The position numbers were made by a program, and so were the translations under genes. The notes beneath the pieces are model-generated. The model saw only the letters and a program-made list of their open reading frames with translations, was not told where the DNA came from and did no database searches. Shown here one piece after another: positions 52,736 to 64,000 of a stretch of DNA of 64,000 bases. Source of the stretch: Stylophora pistillata (lineage: Eukaryota); contig NW_019217814.1 in the NCBI RefSeq assembly GCF_002571385.2, positions 155,509-219,508 of the forward strand, read 5' to 3'. Positions within the stretch are counted from its first letter, which is position 1; each line of letters begins with the position of its first letter.

Positions 52736-55700
52736 CTGGGTGGGGGAGGGGGGGGAAGGAACGAAGCCACCCTTCTCCGAGGAAGATATCCTGTATCCTG
52801 ATACCCCACGAGGAAATCGTTTTGTATTAAGTCGGAAAACATTAGACGTTTTAGAGGGGGAGATTTACTCCAAGACAATAGATCTAAACTAAGTTTTGAA
52901 ATAAGTATTCGCCTTGATCAAAAGGGTGGGAACGTCTGAAGAGAACTTCCTCCAGAACTTCTGGAGGAAGTTCTCTTCTGAGAAGGGTATCATGTACCCT
53001 CAGGATGTTTTAGTAAAAGAGAAGGCCGCACATCACGCACGCTCAGAAAAAATCCTGGAAAGGATGATCGATGTTAGATTTGGTACTTCCTGTCAAAAAG
53101 CTTTAGTGAGAGAATTGAATTCAGATGCTTACGTCTGAGAACGGGGCTTCCACATCGGACGGTAGATCTGATCTCAGGCTAAGCAGCACCACAGCTACGC
53201 TTCCGCAGTCTGACAAGGGGCGCGCCCATACCTCTGTAAATGTTTCTTTGTTCTACAGAAAAGAAACTTGATTTAAGCCATTATGTTAATACTAAACTAA
53301 GAGAAGAATGGGAATTTTGAGCTCGGTCATCGTTTCCGATATTGCTACCAGACCTTTGCAGTATGTAGGACTAACAGTTGTCATGTATATAAACCTCATG
53401 AATAGCCTGGTTTACCATCGATTTCACGAGAGTGAACCGAACTGACGGTGAAATCGGAGGGTCCTGAAATCTGAGTCCTCCTGAGCGCTTTTTTCAAATA
53501 GTTATCGTCTGTCTTATTTCTAATGAATTGTCCGAATGAATTATAGCAGCTTAGCATTTCAAGCAATCCTGATGAAAGAATATTAATAACAATTACCTAA
53601 AAAAAGACGCGGGTATGTATTGCGGTCATGGATGCTTGAAACCACCCCTCCAGATGTAGGGGGTTTTTTTGCTCAAAATTACTAATGCTGCTGAATTTCG
53701 CTGTACCTTAATCACTCGCTTTCCTTGTTTTCCGAGCTTGTCTTGGTTTACGGCGATTATTTCTCTGTAAAATATATTTTAATTTCCGGCTAAGTTATTT
53801 TCAGGAGTGAAAAAAAATTGGGTTTCAGTTGGAATGTAAATAATCCCTTTTACAGTTGTGGGCTTGGTGGCCAAGCCTTTGAACAGGAATGAGGCTAAGA
53901 GTGACCCTGTCGTGATAGAGACCTGTATCTAGTTAGCATGATAACAAAGAAATTTGCATTTGAAAAGCAGCAACATCTCTATCATAACAAGGTCACCCTT
54001 AGCCTCACTCCTGTTCAAAGGCTTGGCCACCAAGCCCACAACTGTAAAAGGGACTGTTGTTTCTCATGAAATCATTGGTGGTTTCATGGCGCTGTCTGCA
54101 TTTAGGACTCTTTCGATTCTTCCTTAATTAAAATGACACAGAGACTTGATTTGTAAAAAACGCGATGGAAGTTGAAAGGAAATGCTGACCTCAGCAGTGC
54201 TCGTGACAGCGCACGTGACTTACGTGTTCAGAAGAATTTCTCTGGATCTGGCATCAATGTCCCGTAAATCGTTTGACATGAGCAAAGGCTGATGACGAAA
54301 ATCATGCAAAGAATAATTTCAAAAGCATGAATTGCTGTCAAAGAGACTCAGTCAAGAAACTTCTTCAAGGATTGCAACTGGTTGCCCTTAGCCATTAATA
54401 AGTCATTACTGCTATAACTACTTATTCCCGAGAGAGAGAAATAGAAAGAGAGAAATAATCCCGTTTTAAAACGAACTCGTTCTCGAGCGAAAAAAAGGGA
54501 AATTCATAATTACTGAAGAGCCAATCTATAAACCCTTCTAAGATAGAGAAACACGACTTGAAGAACTTATTTTTATTTGACCGTATTTGCAATAAAAATT
54601 AAATCGGTTGCAATGGAATTTTTTGACCATTGTTTTTCAATCTAAGGACTGAAATCAAGGGCTTTCTTGGGTCACTAGGAAATACTTACAGATGCCAATA
54701 TGGCCCAAAGAGCAAACTGTAGCTTGGACTGTTCATGACTCAGACCAAAGTTTCCAATTATTAGCTGAGAGAGAAAATATGGGTCAAAAAAGAAATGAGA
54801 TAATTCCTACTTATCCTTTTGGTTCATTTGAGGCTCTCCCTATGATTTTAATTAATTAAATAAAAGATAATAAGTTCATGTTTTCTCTTGTCAGAGTATT
54901 TGGTAAGGGGCGGGGTTAGCAGAATTTACATTTGGATCACGGTCCATCGATGATAAAAAGAGCAGTGTAACATTTACATGAGGAACGTGAATAAGAATTG
55001 TTTTAATATAGTTAAATAAAGAAACTTTTGACAATAATGGGTAAATATGAACCAGTTCTGGGTCGAGGAAAAGCGCTGTTTGCAGTTTTCCCACCGAGGT
55101 TATGAGGTTGCAAAATAAGGATGTCAATCTGATGACGTCCTGAATTCAAAAGGCTTTTTGTCACGTGGACACGTAAAACTCGAGCTCTGTACTACCTACG
55201 ACTAAACGTCAAGGAACGTCCAGTTCAAAGCCTGGAGAAAGGAATCATGGTATCAAGAGGATACAGCGAGTGTGCATGCTTTTCAAAGAGAGTCCACTTA
55301 CCATATCAGGGTCGTTCCAGTGTCCGCTACCTGCCACTGGTATCATGTCATCCTGATTGTCTCCATACCAACTTAAAATGTTCACCAAGCTCTGGAATGA
55401 ATCCTGCAAATTAAAAGCCAAGGTTTTTGTGAATGCCCTACGAATCAGTATGTATGATTTGAAACGCTGGGATTAAACTTCAGCCTACAGTGTTTTAAGC
55501 CAAAATATTTCATATTCGAGGATATATGCTGCAATAGAGGAGGAGTCCAACACGTCCTGTATTCCTTTTCTCCCAAATCGCAATGAAATGTGAAGCGTTG
55601 CGACAAAAAGCGTGATTATATTATTCTTAGGTTTACCTGTATATCACCATAATTTCTCCATAAATTGCAATATTTCGCGATCTTCTTGTAGTTGGGCTGC

Positions 55701-58700
55701 AAATAAATTTACAAAAAACTTATTTCATCTTTGATACTACGCCAAGACCTAGCAACTGAAAAAATATTATTACATTGGTTGTGATGTAGCATTAGTAACG
55801 AATCACGAAATGAAAGTAATCTGTTCATGTTTTCCTTCAGCAGCATTGCTAAAATATACACAAATTAATCGAATGAAGCCTTACACTGCTGTAAAAAGTA
55901 AAATGTTTTAAAATTCCGAGCTTTCTCCGATCAACGGCATCATCAGGGAACTCTTATGATGCCGTTGATCGGCGAAAGTTCGGGTTTTTAAAACATTTTA
56001 CTTTTTACAGCAGTGTAAGGCTTCATTCGATTAATTTGAATATACATGAAAAGAAAGTTGTCATGAACCTTTTCGATTTTGTTTCCCCTCTTTCAGCTTT
56101 TGCTACCGCAAAAATTTTAGCCCCTAAGCACGCTTCTCTACAAGAACAAAATCAAAACGAAAACGAACTTATTTTCTTGGATAAGCGCAAACCACTTTTC
56201 AAAAGAAAAAAAACCTTGCATCCTGAGAAACAATGTCATACCCACTTTTATGCCCGTGAAGACTTGGTACGCAGGCCAACTGCATGAAAACACTATGGGG
56301 CGGCCTGTCTTATTCAGTGCCTTGGCAAACTTTGGGTATCCTTTGTCCATCTTTTTGGGGTTTGCATAACAACCATCCAGCTTGAGGTAATCCACTCCCC
56401 AATCTGCAAATGTCTGAGAAGAGAAACCAGCTTAGAGTGACACTAAAAAAATATTTGCCCACTGTGAACGAGAAAGAAAAAGAGTCAGTTTTTACGGAGT
56501 GCGATTGTTTCAACTGGTGTACAAACCTGTGCATCTTTCTTTATATGATGGATGCTCCCTGGGTACCCTGCGCATGTCTTGGTTCCATAATCTGAAATTG
56601 TTCAAAGAAATCAGAAGGTTACATGCAGACTGATCTGACGACGAGACTGGAGAAAACATGAACTCAAGGTTTCAAAATAAGAAGTTTATAAAGGACCAAG
56701 GTACCTGCATAGATTCCCAACTTAAGACCCCTTGCATGAACCTGGAAATGTCATCAGTGCAAATATGCTTTAGCTTCAAGGAGGAAAGACCCTTCCAGAA
56801 GATAACTGCAGTAAATATATCATGACATAAGAAACAACAGAGATAAGTAAGATGACTTGAAACATAATGCTCTACGTACGTAATCTGCTAGCTTTTTAAT
56901 TCCGTTTGGGAAACGTTTTGGATCCGCCCGCAGCCGACCATCTTTTGTTCGACTCATATCGGTCCAGCAATCCTGAAATTGAAGGAAAACAGAGAAATGG
57001 AAATTAAGGCAATGAAGAACTGAGAACGAAATCTGAAATACCAAGCGCTTGGTTGAAAAGATATAGAATTAAGAGCGAAAGCTGAAGTATGATCAGGAAA
57101 GAACTCAAGATATAATTTTCACGCTTGTCTTCGGCTTGGAATCAAAAACGTCTTAAGACAAAGATAATCTGATATCTAGATATGGAGCAGTAAAATTAGA
57201 AGCGTTAGAGTGAAATAATTGGATGATATAACTAGCATTTTCTATCAATTTCACTTTGACAAGAGTTGTAAAGCAAATGGAGAAAATGTTCAAACTTTGA
57301 TTGTTTCTAAAGATTTGTACATTCTACAGGTGGAAGAACAATAGGACACGTAGTCCCCCACAAGGTTCATCCACCTAAACCCAACCCACCCATCCCACCC
57401 CAGGTAAGGACATCCATCACACAGTAATCTCGTATGTGGGAAATTACCGTCTCCTACCCCTCTTGCCAGGAGACGGGACCTCCATTTATTCGTCCCTATC
57501 CGAGAAGACTAGAATATCTAACCATTTCTTGATGTTATAGAAAGGAAGCATATTCTTCTAAATTATTTTAAGGCCTTGAGTGTTGGTCCGGCCGGGGCTT
57601 GAACCCTCGACCTCCCGCACAACAGTTCAGCGCTCTATCCATTGAGCTAACTGGGAGGCGGTTTAAAAATGTTCGTTTGAAAAGAAAATGTTCGTTTGAA
57701 ATGAAAATGTTCGTTTGAAATGAAAATGGTAGTATTTGTTATTTAGCTGGAGAATTCCTCACATCAATGCAGATATACTTGTAGCCAACAGTGCTATATC
57801 CACCAAAATACATTGCATCTGCCATTTCCATGTAAAGTCTTTCACTGCAGTNNNNNNNNNNNNNNNNNNNNNNNNNNNNNNNNNNNNNNNNNNNNNNNNN
57901 NNNNNNNNNNNNNNNNNNNNNNNNNNNNNNNNNNNNNNNNNNNNNNNNNNNNNNNNNNNNNNNNNNNNNNNNNNNNNNNNNNNNNNNNNNATCAATCAAG
58001 CTATCAAACAATGAATCAGTCAATATAGTTATGGTGTTAATAAGTAAAAACTATGGTGCATTGTGAGTAGTGAATATAACCTATCATGTTCAATAGTCTT
58101 GATTTATTAGATCACAGCATCTTGAGTCCCTCCATTTTTACCTGATGCAGTTTCTAGGATCCTTCTCGCAATCTGTAACACAGCGAAATCTCTCCCACGA
58201 CATCCATCCCACTATAACAAACGCACACAAAAGTTCTTAGAATTAATTTACTCTTGTCAAGAGAAGATTGACAAAAGATAGTCCTCGCGTGACTTTCAAT
58301 TACGGACAACAGCAACACAGATGACCAAAAAAGCATTATCAAACATGATTGCTCCGTGCAAATTCACCGTGTCTTATTCCGCGTGTGGGAATTTTTGCAT
58401 AGACTCAGAAACGTGCTTTTAATTCAAATTAGCTGAGATGGAAGTGTATACCCTAAGAAGCTATTTCCATAGTATACAGAGCAACTATCAATGCTATTCA
58501 GAATTTAAGCTTTTGCACTGAAATTGCTATGTAGCTGTAATATTCTTGAATTTGGAGAGCTATCAAAGACGCCTGTTGAATAATGTCCTTCCCTTTCGGA
58601 AATTTAGGAAAAATTTCTTTGAAGCTACGTTTTGTTCTGTTGTGATCTGATATGCTAACTAGTGTAATTTCAAAACCAGAGAACTTATCTTGTTAGATTC

Positions 58701-59563
58701 AGTGTTAGCCGAATGATACTAAGACTTTTTAATCTCGTACCCAGGGAATTTGCCCTTCAAAATGGGGAGGGGCCTTGGGGACAAGGTTGATGTTGCTATG
58801 TGATGACAAATTGAACCTTCGTTCGAATTAATGTTCTTGAGCTTATCTGAAAATGTTTGTACAATCTATCTTATTTCTAGATCATAGAAATCATGAATTC
58901 TTCAAACTTGCACTAGCATTTCTCTCTTTAGTGAATACCAGTCATATTCGCTTCAAAATGGTTTATTTAATCGGCTTTCATTTTCATTCATTTTCTCGCT
59001 GAAAAGATTTTGCTCACCCATATAAATCATCTTTTTTCCAATTCTTAAGGATAAACTTACAACAACTGACAGGCGTGGCTCAAGGTTGTGCATTTACTGG
59101 GATCAAATTTTCATTTCGTTGTGAAGGAACCACCAAAAAATTATTTTTCCTGTCATCAATATTTACTGATCTCTTGACGGGTGTAACAGGTACCAAGCAG
59201 CGACGAAGAACGCATTGTCACCAAGGAAATGGTAATAAATTATGAAACTAAACGATAAAGGGAGAATCGAATTTTACAAAAAGAGAAAAACAACGGTCAT
59301 ATAGGCCGGAAAACGGTGCTAAGATGCAATAATTTTACCAAACCATTGCCAGGATGCGAGCAAAATTGTTCAAGACCAGTTCTGAAATCAGCCTCGAGAA
59401 AAATGGAGTTTGTTGTTTATAATTTTTGTAGAATTTAGTTCCTCTAAAACAAAACTAACTACTTACTTGGTGGAGTTACTGCGAGGCCATTATCCAGCGA
59501 GCAAACTTGTTGTAAAATCGTCGAAAACAGGCATAAAAACACTGCTTCGCCCAAAGCAGACAT
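52435..59563 (-). CDS. NAGA: GH27 alpha-N-acetylgalactosaminidase-like (SCSWPAY motif), signal peptide, 14 exons (first 59563-59467, last 52650-52435)
   Basis: [73 protein letters not shown]. Intron positions closely parallel the neighbouring paralog. An N-gap falls within intron 2. Confidence 0.88.
52693..52733. repeat. (TG)n microsatellite
   Basis: Direct reading. Confidence 0.95.
53844..54053. mobile_element. Near-perfect foldback MITE in a NAGA-like intron
   Basis: About 75-bp inverted arms TCCCTTTTACAGTTGTGGGCTTGGTGGCCAAGCCTTTGAACAGG... and their reverse complement. Confidence 0.8.
55861..56038. mobile_element. Foldback element of a second Penelope-like family with a central minimal hammerhead motif
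   Basis: About 85-bp inverted arms; minus strand 55950-55914 reads TTCC-CTGATGA-T-GCCG-TTGAT-CGGA-GAAAG-CTC-GGAA. Confidence 0.7.
57468..57661 (-). mobile_element. tRNA-derived SINE
   Basis: The minus strand begins CCGCCTCCCAGTTAGCTCAATGGATAGAGCG, with B-box GGTTCAAGCC; shared with window position 1-192. Confidence 0.8.
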
Positions 59564-62452
59564 TGCTTTTAAGAGCTGTTTTGTTACAAATGCTGGCTGT
59601 TTATTAAAAGCTACTGCACCGTGACCTCAGAGCAAAATCATTGCTAAGATTTACCAGTAAATAAACAATTTCACCCGTGTTTCCATTTAAAGGCTGATAC
59701 TTCGTAATATTTGTTTTTTGTTCGTCTGCGCACTTTGAAAGGCGAAAGAGCGAGAATCTCGAAATGTCGCTCACTACGTTTTTTTTTGTCAATTATATCA
59801 AGTTAGTTTTCTTTAATGGCAGCCTTTTTCAATCAATCATGACAAAATTTGTTCAAAATTAGTTGCTATGGTAACCGATTATAACAGCGAACTCACGACC
59901 TCCGCATCACCGGGTCCGATTTTTTTGCCAAGGTTACTGGTTATCAAGTGGATCTTCTCGAACAGTGGAATGACGTTAGGGAATTCATTGGACTCTAGTC
60001 AGTCAGTTTTCCAACAGAGAATTAACCAAGGAAAACTCGTTAATGTAGGTTGTGGTTTCAGAAAATAAACTGCTAATTACATAATTCTTAATCTCATTAG
60101 ACAAAAAAAACCTTCAAGCTAATCAGTCGCTAATGAAATCATGTCGACTGTTGACGGAATTTTAGAGAGCTAAATGGTATCTTTGCAACCATGAAGAAAT
60201 GTTCTTCTGGCGGATTAATAGCTCTCGGTAGCACTGTAGATCTCATATGTCCAGATAGTTGTATTACAGCTGGTTTGTGAAATTTCGTGAAATTTTTACA
60301 AAATAAAGTACTGCATCCATTTTGCCTTGAAAATATTCGACTCATCGCTTTTGTAATGTGATAATGCGATCAAAACTGGAATACTCTGTGGTGTTGAAAT
60401 CCATAAGTGTCAACATCAGCTTAGTGTCAGCAAAGATATATATCTACGAGAAAAAAAAGACTTCTTGATTTTACTTTTGTCTGGTTCTCAAACAGAAAAG
60501 GAAATGGCTCTCCTTGAGAAACTGTTGGCATAATTGGCGACTATGGACTCAGACAGGTAGAGAATCAGAATAAGTTGTCGTTCAGCCCTGTTAAACTATC
60601 GCCTTTTCATACATACGTCCGAACAACATGGTTTACAGTTCAGCACTTCATTCAGTATGGAGGGTGTTCAGTTACTCTTTTTGCTTCACTTTTACGAGAG
60701 ACAAGAAAATGGACCCGACTCGCTATATTTGTGTTAAGGGGGGATGGGGGGTGGGAGTGGGGGAGTGTGGTCTGTTTCCTTACTCTCGCCAGTACTTTCC
60801 TAGCTGCCTTATTCAATTTTCAATAAGCCAGAGCAATGTCAAAGTAATAAAAAAAAGGGAAATAAAAGTAAAGCTGTGGTCTCATAGAATGGCTCCCCTG
60901 GCTAGTCGAGTTATGACGACAAACTGTCTTGGTGGGGTCTAATAAATAGTGTCTTTCATATGTATGGCTAGTATGTCCCCTGTTTGACAACAAAATGTCT
61001 AAGAAGGGTCTAATGTATGGTATGTCTATCGTGGCCTGTGTGTCCCCTGTTTGTCCCACCCACCATCTTGGTGTTGTGCGCTGTTACAATTAAGATCAGT
61101 GTATATGAAGCGTACGTTCGACAATTATTCATGTTGAAGATCAACACAAAACACAAACATAAACACATGTTCATTAATTGGATTCATCAGTGAAACATAC
61201 TTCATTGACCTGCAGCTTAGTGGCTTCATTCGACCTGGCATTTTTGCCACATAGAACTTTTCTCTCGACAACAACCATTTAACAGTCCTTATCTTTATCG
61301 TATGTTGCTTCTCAATACAGCTAGCTCGTGTCAGCTAGCCGCTTGATTGCGGGTGAATTGGTAACCTGACTCAGTCAAGCGCTGAAATCCAGTACGACTG
61401 AATTTTTTTCTCTTCCATAGAGTAGGCGAACAAAGGCGTTTTCGTTTCAAGACAAGGCCGCTGATTCACATGAAAACTTAAAAAAATTGATTAAACACTC
61501 CGACATGCTTCGTATAACGGATAATTGTTCTTCAAGCATAAGGAAGTATTCGACAAACCCCCTGTCTATTGACACAAATAATCAACCTCGTTGGAATGAT
61601 GACTGACAACGAGATTACAAACAAGACAGACAAATTAAGATGAGAATCAACGGAGGTGAGTTCAGGAAAATTAAAACTTCATAAATCAGGATTTTTCTTA
61701 TCACAGAACGCCATACAGGGTCACACCAATCCGAAATCTGTATGAAACTAACGCGTCTTTATCATTACACCATTTGTATCTAACTTATATAAGGCCTAAA
61801 CTTACGAGCAAGGTCGTGATACTAATTTTGATATTCGAAACCCATTATCCTGGTGGCTATTACTGCTGAATGACGGTTATCAATTTAAGTAGTCTTTTGT
61901 ATTTCCATTGACAATTTTAATTTTTTCATTAAGCAAAGATACTTTTTTTTTTTACCCTTTGAACCGAAAGAGCGATGGTTCCTTCAAAATTTTGACGAAA
62001 CCTGTTTCACCAAGCACTGACATGATTCATAGATTACTCTAAAAATATAAATTACCCAAATTGTTCTTATTTCAAGTTTAACCGTGAATTCCACAGTCCT
62101 TTTTATCCTTCCCTCAGTTAAGAGGTATCTAGTCACCTGTTACACTCAAGCGCGATTAATCAGTAAAGAAACTGATGAGCAAGCAGTTCTCCCATTCGTC
62201 TTCGAGAGCGCCGATCTCGTCGACGCGTCTGTAGTCAGATTTTATGTGCAAACTGCACTTCAACCTATTTGAGGAACCTCTTCCTCGATACATCTTACTA
62301 CCATTTACTTTCCATGTAATCAATCATTTGATCATTGTTCGACTCGAATAAACGGCGAGGCAGATTTCATTCACTGATCCAAGGGAGTACAAAAGTTTAA
62401 GAACATTTCGCCCTTGAACTGCGAGCCGATTTTCGCACTTTTTGTGTGCCGG

Positions 62453-63160
62453 CTACGTGAAGGTCATGGCTCGCTCTCGTCCTCGTACTTTAACCAGATT
62501 CCTGTCCGTAAATCCGTCTTTAATATGACTGATACTCGCGCCTTTTTCGATAAGAAAGCGCGCGCAGTCAAATTCTCCTTCGCAAACCGCAGCATCCAGC
62601 GGCGAGGACCCTTCTTTGTCGCGAACCTCCAGCTGCGCACCTTTGGTCACGAGATACTGAAGACATTCAAGGCTCCCTGTGCTAGCAGCTCGATGTAAGG
62701 CATACGACCCATCAACTCCTGGAGCATTAAGATCGACTTTCGTGCCTTCCACTACATTTTTTAAGGTATCAACATCATTGTACGTGGCAGCCCACTGGAG
62801 TACTAGTTGTGGATCCAACGATAAGCTTTGTTTTCTTCTCCTCGCTGATTTATCATCTGGCTTCAGTTTACCATCATCTTTTTGCGTTTCTATTCTTTCT
62901 TCGCTGATTCTTCTCAAGACACAGTTTCTTGCCGGAAATTTTAACGCAGTCTTTGTGGCAGAGCACATGTCTATTCCAAGATGATCTAGATTGGTGTGTG
63001 AGTTCTTGTTTTCATCTGTTGACTGCCAAGATTGCACGCAAATATCTGGTATCTCCTTGTCTTTAGGGCCCTCACGGGTTGGTGGGGATAATGTTTTGGC
63101 TTCTAGAGTTTCATTTCCTGTAAGCAGATTTGTTTTGGTGAAAGTTTTGGTTGTGCACAT
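62453..63160 (-). CDS. Ankyrin-repeat protein (about 3 repeats), loosely PPP1R27/MYPT-like, with a disordered N-terminus
   Basis: 235-aa ORF with DGSYALHRAASTGSLECLQYLVTKGA and EGSSPLDAAVCEGEFDCARFLIEKGA ankyrin consensus. Confidence 0.8.
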   Translation of the reverse strand: MCTTKTFTKTNLLTGNETLEAKTLSPPTREGPKDKEIPDICVQSWQSTDENKNSHTNLDHLGIDMCSATKTALKFPARNCVLRRISEERIETQKDDGKLKPDDKSARRRKQSLSLDPQLVLQWAATYNDVDTLKNVVEGTKVDLNAPGVDGSYALHRAASTGSLECLQYLVTKGAQLEVRDKEGSSPLDAAVCEGEFDCARFLIEKGASISHIKDGFTDRNLVKVRGRERAMTFT

Positions 63161-64000
63161 TTCGTTGATTGTAACTATATGTCGCTCTCTTTTGGGCCGT
63201 TTTCACAATTTCACCTTCCAATGCCTGAAGGCAATCGTGACTAAAAAATTCCAATATTTGCGATGATAAATCAGGTTTTAAAGACGTCATTGTTGTATTC
63301 AATTAAGAGCTTGTTTTCTTTCGCTATCTTTGATCATGGTTGACTTTAGGCTAATTTGAACATTCCTGTGGTCTTTCACAGGTCAGCGAACTTTCTGGTC
63401 CGGCTTAACAAATCAGTTGACTTCCTAGATTAACTTGACCTCTTGTATATTTATTTTTGTCATATTACTAAAACAAAGTTGAAGTGGTAAAACAATTTCT
63501 TTCTTTTTTTTTTTTTTTTTCTACAAACTTTCCAATTTGTTTCTATTGGCCGGTTGGAATCGTTCTTTATTATGCCTGAAAGCGTAAAATAAGTGTTATC
63601 TCTAAAAATCGATGACATTGTTAGAACTGAGCTCTTTCAATTTCTTTGAATCCACTGTGTGACGCGTTTATCGTCAGCTTGATCCAATTTAATTGGCCCG
63701 CAACCGAGTGTGATATTAGTTTAACAAACAAAGGAGCGTAAGCTGAAGGTTTGCATTGCAATTGACGTCAGTAAAGATACTGAAGGCTATTGATGTTTCT
63801 CTATGGCGACGGTTTATGCTGTGGATATTTTATGCCGCTGAGTAACCATTCATTCGCGGATCGGGGAGAAGGTCGGGGATTCTGAATATCCCCACCCCCC
63901 CCCCCCCACAGACTTGGGGGTTTTATTGATTGATTGACAACTTAATTCTTACAAGTAAGACATTCCTTTAACATCTAATTCTACTTCGCTGAGTAAGATA

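Overview
Eukaryotic, AT-rich, intron-containing animal DNA with five N-gaps. The repeat types and gene content suggest a cnidarian, probably a stony coral (inference). I assembled eight protein-coding genes by hand from splice signals: LARP6 (-); two intact tandem 7-exon zinc-dependent medium-chain dehydrogenases resembling the bacterial phosphonate-associated HpnZ clade (-); a C15orf61/DUF4528 homolog head-to-head with one of them (+); a 6-exon Rab11-FIP-like gene with an unusual C2 + Sec5/EXOC2-like IPT + FIP-RBD architecture (+); two tandem 14-exon GH27 glycosidases with opposite specificity motifs, alpha-galactosidase-like and alpha-N-acetylgalactosaminidase-like (-); and an ankyrin-repeat protein (-). 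Between and inside them lie CR1/L2-group LINE fragments, tRNA-derived SINEs, MITE-like foldbacks, a hAT-like transposase relic, a 188/171-bp satellite and several short Penelope-type foldback elements carrying minimal hammerhead ribozyme motifs. The best leads are the possible Rab11/Ral dual-GTPase adaptor, the GH27 pair, the dehydrogenase pair with an apparent cofactor-site switch, and the hammerhead elements. All family assignments come from recalled motifs, not database searches.
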